From Myxococcota bacterium (lineage in GTDB: Bacteria; Myxococcota_A; UBA796; SXON01): a stretch of 64,000 bases of DNA. Shown here piece after piece: positions 10,135 to 20,254 of the stretch. Within the stretch, counting starts at the first letter, position 1. Each line of letters opens with the position of its first letter. A program made the translations under genes and the position numbers. The stretch spans positions 190,298 to 254,297 of the forward strand of contig JAZKFH010000005.1 of NCBI GenBank assembly GCA_040386535.1, given 5' to 3'. A model generated the notes under the pieces. That model had not been told where the DNA came from. It did not search any database and was given only the letters and a program-made list of their open reading frames with translations.

Positions 10135-10469
10135 GTGTATCCGTAGAAGAACGTGGCCCGCGCACGGCTGTGGCGGTCGTCAACGGTCGCCTCGATCTGC
10201 TGACCGCGTCCGAGGTGAAGCGCCAGCTCCAAGACGCCGTCGCGACAGGGCTGCATCGCCTGGTGGTCGACCTTCATGACGTGCCGTTCATCGACAGCTC
10301 TGGGCTCGGCGCGCTCATCGGCGCACTCAAGGCCACCCGCATCGCGGGCGGCGATCTGCGCATCGCGCGCCCCGGCGAGCAGGTCCGCTACGTGCTCGAG
10401 ATCTCCATGTTGGACCGCGTGCTCGTCTGCCACAAGACCGTGGAAGAAGCTCTTGCCCGCTACGAATGA
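10131..10469 (+). CDS. STAS-domain anti-sigma factor antagonist (RsbV/SpoIIAA-like)
   Basis: GRLDLLTA...VVDLHDVPFIDSSGLGALI with the conserved phospho-Ser; ATGA overlap. Confidence 0.9.
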   Translation: MSVSVEERGPRTAVAVVNGRLDLLTASEVKRQLQDAVATGLHRLVVDLHDVPFIDSSGLGALIGALKATRIAGGDLRIARPGEQVRYVLEISMLDRVLVCHKTVEEALARYE

Positions 10470-10878
10470 GAGCCGCACCCTGCCGGCCTTGCCCGAGGCG
10501 CTCGAGACCGTCCACGCGATGTTGGATCGGTTCTGGAGCGCCGTCGAGTCGAGCCGGGGCCTCGCGGTACCACCAAACCTGAAGCACGGCCTGGCCACCG
10601 CGGTGGCCGAGGTCGCGGCGAACATCATCCGCTACTCCGAGGCGGGATCGTTCGACTTCGCGCTCAGCCTCGCCGAGCGGCTGGTCGAGGCCCGCTTCAC
10701 CGACGCCGGCATCCCCTACCGCGGCGTCGCGGACGGCGCGTTCGACCCCGAGCAGCTCGCGGAGGGCGGAATGGGCCTCGCGTTGGCGAAACGCGGGCTC
10801 CACGCGTTCGCCTACCAGAGGTTGCCGGATGACACCAACTGCTGGACCCTCGTGATGAAGCTCCCGGTGCCCGTATGA
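10453..10878 (+). CDS. Anti-sigma factor / Ser kinase (RsbW-like, HATPase_c_2)
   Basis: AVAEVAANIIRYS, FTDAG and EGGMGLAL motifs; probable TTG start at 10453. Confidence 0.82.
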   Translation: MPATNESRTLPALPEALETVHAMLDRFWSAVESSRGLAVPPNLKHGLATAVAEVAANIIRYSEAGSFDFALSLAERLVEARFTDAGIPYRGVADGAFDPEQLAEGGMGLALAKRGLHAFAYQRLPDDTNCWTLVMKLPVPV

Positions 10879-11585
10879 TTGCCCTCCTCCTCGGCCTCCT
10901 CTTCTCGAGCCCCGCCACCGCCGGCGCGTTTCCCGCGCCCGAAGTCATGGGCGCCTTCGAGGGCACCCTGCGCTCGGGCTACGCGTTCGCGAGCGTGATG
11001 TCGCCGAGCGTGGACCGCAAGGTCATGCCCGTGGCCCGGCTGACCGCGAGCTACCTGTATTACCGCTTCCCCGACTACGGCGGCGAGGCGCGGGTGCTCT
11101 CCCCCGGGCTCGCGTTCGGCGTCGGCGCGCGCTGGCGCCCCGAGCGGCTCTCGCTCACGTTGGTCGCCGGCTACGAGGCCCGCTACGTGCAGACCCGGCC
11201 CACCATCGGGGCTCCCCGGGCGCGCGCCGACCACGGCGTGAGCATCAGCGGCGACGTGTACTTCCAGGCGAACGCGAAGACCGCGCTTGCCGGCAGCGTG
11301 TCCTACGGCTTCGCGCAGCACTACCTCTGGTCCCGCGTGCTCGCCAAGCGCCAGCTCCTGCCGAAGACCGGGATGGCCATCACCGCGTTCTCCATGGGCG
11401 TCGACGCGACGCTCTACGGGAACGACCAATCCCGCGGCGTGGCCGGCGGGCTCTTCGGCGAGCTCTCGTTCCCCGGCGCGTCGACCTCGCTCACCCTGCA
11501 TGGGGGGCTGGGTCGCGAGATCCAACCGGGCGCGTCCGCCGCGCTCCAACCGAGTTTGGGCGCGTCGGTCTACAAGTCGTTCTGA
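10875..11585 (+). CDS. Outer-membrane beta-barrel protein, BcsS-like
   Basis: Signal peptide, amphipathic beta-strand pattern, C-terminal aromatic (YKSF); last gene of the cellulose-synthase-like operon. Confidence 0.55.
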   Translation: MIALLLGLLFSSPATAGAFPAPEVMGAFEGTLRSGYAFASVMSPSVDRKVMPVARLTASYLYYRFPDYGGEARVLSPGLAFGVGARWRPERLSLTLVAGYEARYVQTRPTIGAPRARADHGVSISGDVYFQANAKTALAGSVSYGFAQHYLWSRVLAKRQLLPKTGMAITAFSMGVDATLYGNDQSRGVAGGLFGELSFPGASTSLTLHGGLGREIQPGASAALQPSLGASVYKSF

Positions 11586-11620
11586 TCACGACCCGCGGGG
11601 ACGGGCCCGCGGCACACCTA

Positions 11621-11660
11621 CAAAAACAAGAGAGGGGACCCGACGGCGGGCCCCCTCTTC
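11621..11660. terminator. Intrinsic terminator between convergent genes
   Basis: GC hairpin gaggggacccg-acgg-cgggccccctc preceded by an A-run, which is a U-tail on the minus strand. Confidence 0.65.
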
Positions 11661-11679
11661 GCGTCAGCGAATCAGCGGA

Positions 11680-12975
11680 TCAGGTGGCGCGCTCGACCAT
11701 GTCGCGCGCGTACTCGGGCCACCAGGCGCCGGCGGAGGGGCCGCCGTTGCAGTCGCCGTCGGACTCACCCGGCGGCTTGATCCACAACATGGCATCGAGA
11801 CCGACCACCCCGGTGATCAGGGTCGGATTCGTGCCGACCGCGCGCCCGAGGGGGTTGCACCAGGTGTGCTCCTCGTCGGGGCCGATGCCGTTGCGACCGG
11901 TGTCGGCCACGTAGTGCACGGTGTCCCCGAGGATCGCACGCAGCTCGTCGGCGTACCCGATGGTGTCCGGGGTGGACTCGGTGTGCGCCACGTTCAGCGC
12001 GAACCCGGCGGCGTTGTGGACGCCCCCCGCGACGAGCCGGGCCGCCATCTCCGTGGCGGAGATCCAGGCGGAGTCGCCCGCGTCGATGTAGACGCGCGCG
12101 CCGGCTTCCGTGAGCGTGTCGACCGCGGCCGCGATCATCTCCTGCCGCTCGACCGCCTGCGCGGCGCTCAGGCACGTGGTCAGCGCGAGCGCGTCCGGCT
12201 CGAGGACGACGACGGCGAGCCGGCCGTCCAGCCCACGGGCCACGTCGTCGATGAACGCCGCGTAACTTTCCGCGTCCGCGGCGCCCCCCGAGGACCAGAA
12301 GCCGCAATCGCGGTTGGGGATGTTGTAGACCACGAACACACGGAGGTCGTCGCCGCCGGCGTTCACCGCGTTGTCGACCGTGCGCGCGACATCGGCGTCC
12401 CAGTCGCCGACCCAGGTGGCGGTCGGCTGCTCGGCCATCCGGTCCATCACGGCGGCGCCGTCGGGGTCGGACGACCGCCACTCGTCGGCCTGGCGGGCGG
12501 GGTGCGAATCCCGCTCGAGGAACAGGGAGTAGCCCTCGAGCGGCCCCACGGTGGGGTCGACCTCGGCGTCCTCGCCCTCGGAATCGTCGTCCGAACCACC
12601 ACCCTCGGAATCGTCGTGCGAGCCGGAGCCGGAGCCGGAGCCGGCCTCGACCTCGACCTCGACCTCGGCGTCGCCTTCGGCTTCGCCCTCACCCTCGGTC
12701 TCCCCCTCGGGCTCGTACTCGGGGTAGAAGTCGTCCTCCTCGTCGTCGCCGACCTCCTGGAGGTGCGACGAGTCGAGGGAGGCGAAGCTCGGGTGGGCGT
12801 GATGGTCCTCCGGGGGATCCGCCACGGTTTCGTGATCACGGAGGGTGGGCGACTTGGGGCCCGAGGGGGCATCGGCACCATCGACCAGGCACGCGGGGAG
12901 GAACGTCGCGGAGATCAACGGCACCAGCGAGTTCAGCTGCTGACGGCGGCTCTTGCGCTTCGATGAGACGGACAT
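11680..12975 (-). CDS. Glycoside hydrolase family 6 endoglucanase, lipoprotein with acidic linker
   Basis: VVYNIPNRDCG, VVLEPDAL, YIDAG, DTGRNG, WCNP.G and WIKPPGESDG.C are GH6 hallmarks; lipobox-like FLPAC. Confidence 0.9.
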   Translation of the reverse strand: MSVSSKRKSRRQQLNSLVPLISATFLPACLVDGADAPSGPKSPTLRDHETVADPPEDHHAHPSFASLDSSHLQEVGDDEEDDFYPEYEPEGETEGEGEAEGDAEVEVEVEAGSGSGSGSHDDSEGGGSDDDSEGEDAEVDPTVGPLEGYSLFLERDSHPARQADEWRSSDPDGAAVMDRMAEQPTATWVGDWDADVARTVDNAVNAGGDDLRVFVVYNIPNRDCGFWSSGGAADAESYAAFIDDVARGLDGRLAVVVLEPDALALTTCLSAAQAVERQEMIAAAVDTLTEAGARVYIDAGDSAWISATEMAARLVAGGVHNAAGFALNVAHTESTPDTIGYADELRAILGDTVHYVADTGRNGIGPDEEHTWCNPLGRAVGTNPTLITGVVGLDAMLWIKPPGESDGDCNGGPSAGAWWPEYARDMVERAT

Positions 12976-13155
12976 TTGTGCTCCCGACCTTGATGGAAAG
13001 CCCGCTTTCTCGCAGGGGTCCATTCTGGCACTTTTCTCAGTAAGTAGGCCAAGCTGGGCCGTCGACTATTCACTGCATTAAAAAGCGATTGGGGGCCCCT
13101 GCCACGGCTGGACAGACCCGCGGCGACGGCGTAATTCGGCAGGAAAGAGGGCCGC

Positions 13156-13956
13156 ATGCAGGTTTGGAACGTCACCTCGGAAAATTCGTCGGTGTCCGTA
13201 GAATCTACGGGGTGGCTCGAGGCCTTGGCGCTGGCGCTCCCCCAGTTCCAGCTCTCTCCCCGCCACATGGACCGCTTCGTCTGCGTCATGAACGCGGACG
13301 GGAGCGTAGAGGTGCACGAGCCCCAAGTGAACGTACGCTTGCGTGTCACGCCCGCCGCGCAGGAACATTCGAGAGCATCGGCGTTTCCCATCTCCTCGTC
13401 CCTCCTCGCGGGGGATGGCGCCGCCCCGTCCGACACCCGTTCGCCCGCGCGCCGCGCCCCCGCGCTGGAGGACAGCGTGGTCGACCTGTTCGATCGCTGC
13501 GGCGAGATCTCCGCCGCCACGAACGTGCGGGCGGCCTGCGCCACGGCGCTCGACATCGTCCAGGAATTCGTCCCGGCGAACGCCGGGGCTGTGCTGATGA
13601 TCACGCGCGACAATTCGAAGCTGCGCTTCGTCGCCGCGTTCGGACCGCAGGCGCAGAAGGTCGTCGACTCGACCCTGCCTGTGAATCACGGGATCGCGGG
13701 CTTCATCTTCGACTTTCCGATGGGCCTCATCGTCGAGGACGTTCACACCGACGCCCGTTTCTCCGCCGGCACCGACCGCTCGTCCGGCTACGCGACCCAC
13801 TCGCTGCTCGCCGTTCCCGTCCGCTCGGCCGACGGTCCGGTTTACGGCTGCCTCGAGCTCCTCAATTCGGTCGACGGCTTCGGCCCCAAGGACCTCGAGA
13901 CCACGCAGATGATCGCCTCCGCGCTCGGGGCCTGGCTGGCCGGCGCGCAAGCCTGA
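13156..13956 (+). CDS. GAF domain protein
   Basis: GIAGFI...VEDVHTDARF...D..SGYATHSLLAVPV...GCLELLN is a GAF signature. Confidence 0.8.
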   Translation: MQVWNVTSENSSVSVESTGWLEALALALPQFQLSPRHMDRFVCVMNADGSVEVHEPQVNVRLRVTPAAQEHSRASAFPISSSLLAGDGAAPSDTRSPARRAPALEDSVVDLFDRCGEISAATNVRAACATALDIVQEFVPANAGAVLMITRDNSKLRFVAAFGPQAQKVVDSTLPVNHGIAGFIFDFPMGLIVEDVHTDARFSAGTDRSSGYATHSLLAVPVRSADGPVYGCLELLNSVDGFGPKDLETTQMIASALGAWLAGAQA

Positions 13957-14371
13957 CGCTGCCGGGACTCCGCTGCTCGCCCTGAAAGCGGCGTGAAATT
14001 GCCGATCGGCGCTCCGGTGGATCCAACTCCCGTGGATCCAAGCGGGGTGAAAGCGCGGCGTTATTGACACCTGGGCGCGTCCCCGCGGCTTCGCGGCGGG
14101 GCCGGACCGCTCCGGGCGCGCGGCGGAGCCGCTTGGTCCGCCGCTGACGCGGCGGGACCGGCCGCCGCCGCCGGCCGCCCTGCGCGCTCCTCGCGCGAGA
14201 GGCCGTGCCACCCGATGCTGCGCGCTGTAACGAATTCGCCTACCCCTGTGCCGGTCCGTTGCGGGTCAGTGTCATTGGTAGAGGGACCATCCAACCCATG
14301 GCCCCGCTCCCAAGCGCGATGTACCTGCCAATCACGCGCGGCTCATACAGGGCCGGGTGATGGAGACCAAA

Positions 14372-14602
14372 ATGAAGTTCGCACTGCTCGTCCTCTTCAT
14401 GCTCGGCGGCTGCTCCTTCTCCGGAGAGGTCGACGCCGACCTCGAGTGCACCAGCACCTGTGACGAGACCAAGGCCGAGTGTGAGGAGACCTGCGAGACC
14501 GAATGTGTCAACGCGGGTGACGACGAGGACACGGCCTGTGACACCGACTGCGTCACGACCTGCGAAGAGGCGTACGACGAGTGCACCGTGAGCTGCACCT
14601 AG
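14372..14602 (+). CDS. Small Cys-rich lipoprotein
   Basis: RBS GGAGA, lipobox LGGC, periodic CxxxC pattern. Confidence 0.7.
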   Translation: MKFALLVLFMLGGCSFSGEVDADLECTSTCDETKAECEETCETECVNAGDDEDTACDTDCVTTCEEAYDECTVSCT

Positions 14603-14618
14603 TTCCTACCGGGCGGCG

Positions 14619-15623
14619 TTGGCCGTTCTGATCCTTCCGTTCGCGGCGGGATGCAGCGACTACCAGGCGATCCGCCAAGGTGGCATCGACGTCTACCAAC
14701 AGCAGCCGGTCGAGAAGATCGACGTGCTGATGGTGGTGGACAACTCCTCGTCCATGGAGTCGTACCAGTACCAGCTCGGCTCCAACTTCCAGGCGTTCAT
14801 CTCCTGGTTCGTCGCTGGCAACGTCGACTACCAGATCGCCGTCACCACCACCGACGACGGCAACGATTCCTCCGTCACCGACCCGGCGCGTGGCGCGTTC
14901 GTCGGGCCGATCATCACGTCCGGGATGGACCTCGACACCGCCGGGGACCTGTTTCAGCAAGAGGTCAACGTGGGCATCAGCGGCTCGGGCCTCGAGACGG
15001 GCCTGAAGACCGCGCACCTCGCGCTCACGGACACCGCGCGCCTCGGCGACCAGATCACGGCCTTCCTGCGCCCGGACGCGAGCCTGTCGATCGTCTTCGT
15101 GAGCGACGAGGAGGACAGCTCGCCGTGGCCCGTGAACGACTACGTCAACGCGTTCTTCGAGCTCAAGGGCCAACGCGACCGCGACGCGTTCAACATCTCC
15201 GCGCTCACCGTCACCGACGAGACGCTCTGCACGGAAGAGCTCGCGGCGTTCAGCTCGCCCGGCACCCGCTACGTTGACGCGGCCGCGCAGACCCACGGCC
15301 TGACCGGCAACCTGTGCGGCTCCGACTTCACCCAGATCGTGGATGACCTCGCGCTCGCCAACAGCCGCATCACCGACACCTACCCCCTCTCGCACGAGCC
15401 GGACGCCGAGACCCTCACGGTGACCCTCGAGGTCGACGGTGTCGAGACCGACCTGCCCTGCGAAGACGGGACCTGGGTGTACCAACGCACCACCGTCTAC
15501 GAGATCGACACCCCGGCGATCGTGTTCGCCCGGGAACACCTGCCACCGCCGGGGTCCATCCTGTCCATCCGCTACCTCTATGGCGACGGCAACCTCGAGT
15601 CCTTCTGCGGGAGCGACTCGTGA
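14619..15623 (+). CDS. VWA-like (MIDAS) lipoprotein
   Basis: Lipobox AAGC; IDVLMVVDNSSSM, IAVTTTD and IVFVSDEED motifs. Confidence 0.75.
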   Translation: MAVLILPFAAGCSDYQAIRQGGIDVYQQQPVEKIDVLMVVDNSSSMESYQYQLGSNFQAFISWFVAGNVDYQIAVTTTDDGNDSSVTDPARGAFVGPIITSGMDLDTAGDLFQQEVNVGISGSGLETGLKTAHLALTDTARLGDQITAFLRPDASLSIVFVSDEEDSSPWPVNDYVNAFFELKGQRDRDAFNISALTVTDETLCTEELAAFSSPGTRYVDAAAQTHGLTGNLCGSDFTQIVDDLALANSRITDTYPLSHEPDAETLTVTLEVDGVETDLPCEDGTWVYQRTTVYEIDTPAIVFAREHLPPPGSILSIRYLYGDGNLESFCGSDS

Positions 15624-16195
15624 GGGCGGGCCTGTTCGCCGTCGCGCTGCTGCTCCTCGTCGGCTGCGGCCCGAAGAGCGAGTGTGTCGACATGGGCGAT
15701 TGTGCCGCCCTGGAGATCTGCGATCTCGGCACGTGCCTCTCGGTGGAGTGTACGCAGTCTGTCGACTGTGGCATCGACCAATATTGTGACGAGGCGGCGT
15801 ACACCTGCGCGACCGGCTGTGTCGACAATGACGACTGCCTCGCCGGCGAGACCTGCGCCGCCGACACGCGGGAGTGCACGGCCTACGGATGCCGCTCGAC
15901 CGCCCTCGACTGTGCCATTGGTCAACAATGCGACATCCCCACCGGGACCTGCTTCGACGCGCCCGCATGCGACACGTGCAGCGGTCCGGGCAGCACCGAG
16001 TGCGAGCCCGGCGCGTGTGTCGACTTCGACCTCGAGAACGAGGGCGGCGACTATTGCCTGATGCCGTGCCTCGTCGTCGACGATCCCGAACAATGCCCGC
16101 GCGGCCTCGAGTGTCGTGACCTCTCCGGCACCGGCGACCTCTACTGTTACGCAGACTGTCCCTCCCTGGTGGAGGAGCTCAACGATGAGCCGTAG
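15620..16195 (+). CDS. Cys-rich repeat lipoprotein
   Basis: Lipobox LVGC; repeated C..D.DC...E.C units; GTGA overlap. Confidence 0.75.
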   Translation: MRAGLFAVALLLLVGCGPKSECVDMGDCAALEICDLGTCLSVECTQSVDCGIDQYCDEAAYTCATGCVDNDDCLAGETCAADTRECTAYGCRSTALDCAIGQQCDIPTGTCFDAPACDTCSGPGSTECEPGACVDFDLENEGGDYCLMPCLVVDDPEQCPRGLECRDLSGTGDLYCYADCPSLVEELNDEP

Positions 16196-16205
16196 GAATT
16201 CCCAG

Positions 16206-18692
<2,487 letters not shown>

Positions 18693-18693
18693 A

Positions 18694-19437
18694 ATGGGCG
18701 CCCGCGCCTCGGTGCAGCCCGCTCTCGTCGCGGACGGGACCGGGCTGCCCTTCCGCGAGATGGGCAGCGGGCCGGTCCTCGTGTTCGTGCACGGCATTGC
18801 CGTCTCCGGCCGCTACTTCGTTCCACTGATGCAGGAGCTGGCGGGCAGCTATCGCTGTGTCGCGCCCGATCTGCCGGGCTACGGCAAGTGCCCCGGGCCC
18901 CCCGAAGCGCTCGATGTGCCGGGCCTCGCGGACGCGCTCGCCACGTTCCTCGACAGCCTCGGCCTCGCCGCGGACAACGTCACCCTGGTCGCCAACTCGC
19001 TCGGTTGCCAGGTGATCGCCGCCCTGGCCGAGCGGAGCCCCGGCCGGACCGGGTCGTTGGTGTTCATCGCGCCGACGCTCGATCCTGCCACGAAAAATCA
19101 CTTCTGGCGTTCACTGTTCCGTGCGGCGGTGTGCGAGCCGCTGTCACTGTTCCCAATCCTGTTGGTCGACTATGTGCGGTTCGGCATCCCGCGCTTCAAC
19201 GCGACGAGCCGCCACGCGCTTGCGGACGACATCACGCGGCGTTTGCCGCACCTGCACGTCCCCGCCCTCGTCATCCAGGGCGCACGCGACCGCATCGTCA
19301 CCGTGCCCTGGGCCAGACGGGTGGCCAGCCTGCTCCCGCTCGGCCGCTTTGCCCTCGTTTCGGACGGGGCACACGCGGTGCACTACAGCCGCCCGGCGGT
19401 CGTCGCGGGGCTGATCCGTTCGTTCCTCGCCGGATGA
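18694..19437 (+). CDS. Alpha/beta hydrolase
   Basis: VFVHG, PDLPGYG, nucleophile elbow ANSLG, GARD and catalytic His in GAHAVH. Confidence 0.85.
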   Translation: MGARASVQPALVADGTGLPFREMGSGPVLVFVHGIAVSGRYFVPLMQELAGSYRCVAPDLPGYGKCPGPPEALDVPGLADALATFLDSLGLAADNVTLVANSLGCQVIAALAERSPGRTGSLVFIAPTLDPATKNHFWRSLFRAAVCEPLSLFPILLVDYVRFGIPRFNATSRHALADDITRRLPHLHVPALVIQGARDRIVTVPWARRVASLLPLGRFALVSDGAHAVHYSRPAVVAGLIRSFLAG

Positions 19438-19494
19438 CGAGGTCGGGGGCCGGCTGATCGCGCCCAGAGAGAGCGCGGGCCGGCCCCTCGTCCA

Positions 19495-19794
19495 CTACTT
19501 GTTCGCGTCCTGGCGGGCCTTGCCCGTGAGCTCCTTGATCTTGCCCTCGGCCTGCATCTGCTCGTTGTCGATGACGGCGCCGACCCGGTTCTTCACCGCG
19601 CCCACCACTTCTTCAACGACACCCTTGGTGCGCTCGCTGGCCTTGGCGACCTCCTGGCGCGCCTGGCCCTTGAGCTCCTTGGCCTTTCCCTCGAGCTCCA
19701 TCTGCTCGTTGCCGATGAGCTTGCCGACGTTCTTCTTGAGCTTGCCACCGAGCTCTTCCGCGGCGCCTTCAGCACGATCCGAGTTGTTTCCCAT
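19495..19794 (-). CDS. csbD: CsbD family stress protein (two CsbD repeats)
   Basis: Duplicated G...E..G..K..VG..I.NEQM..EG motif; RBS GGAGA. Confidence 0.85.
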   Translation of the reverse strand: MGNNSDRAEGAAEELGGKLKKNVGKLIGNEQMELEGKAKELKGQARQEVAKASERTKGVVEEVVGAVKNRVGAVIDNEQMQAEGKIKELTGKARQDANK

Positions 19795-19993
19795 TCGAGT
19801 CTCCGTTTGCCGGTTGTCCGGCGGGGTGGGGGATGCGGACATCGGTGACACACCAACCATCCACATCCCAAACCTACTCATTCTCTCGGCTGGGTACCCG
19901 TCACCTGCTGTACGGCGGTAATGCGGAAGCCGGCGATATGTCACCATCCATGAATTGGGCTGGCTCCCCTGCCCCTCCATCATACGAACCCGA

Positions 19994-20203
19994 ATGAAAA
20001 TCGCCGGCTTCGTCCTCATCGTCCTCGGGATCCTCGGCCTCATCTACGGGGGGTTCTCGTTCGTCTACCCGGACAAGGTGGTCGACGCCGGCCCCCTCCA
20101 GATCTCCGTCGACAAGAAAAAGAGCGTCCCCATCTCTCCCCTCATCGGAATCGTCGCGCTGGTCGGCGGGGTCGGGTTGGTGGTGATGGACCGCAAGAAG
20201 TAG
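19994..20203 (+). CDS. Small membrane protein, DUF3185-like
   Basis: MKIAGFVLIVLGILGLIYGGFS...VVDAGPLQIS...PISPLIG; two TM helices. Confidence 0.75.
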   Translation: MKIAGFVLIVLGILGLIYGGFSFVYPDKVVDAGPLQISVDKKKSVPISPLIGIVALVGGVGLVVMDRKK

Positions 20204-20254
20204 GGGACCGGCCGCGAACGCCCGGCCCCCACGCGGCCCTGCCTTCGACCGGAC

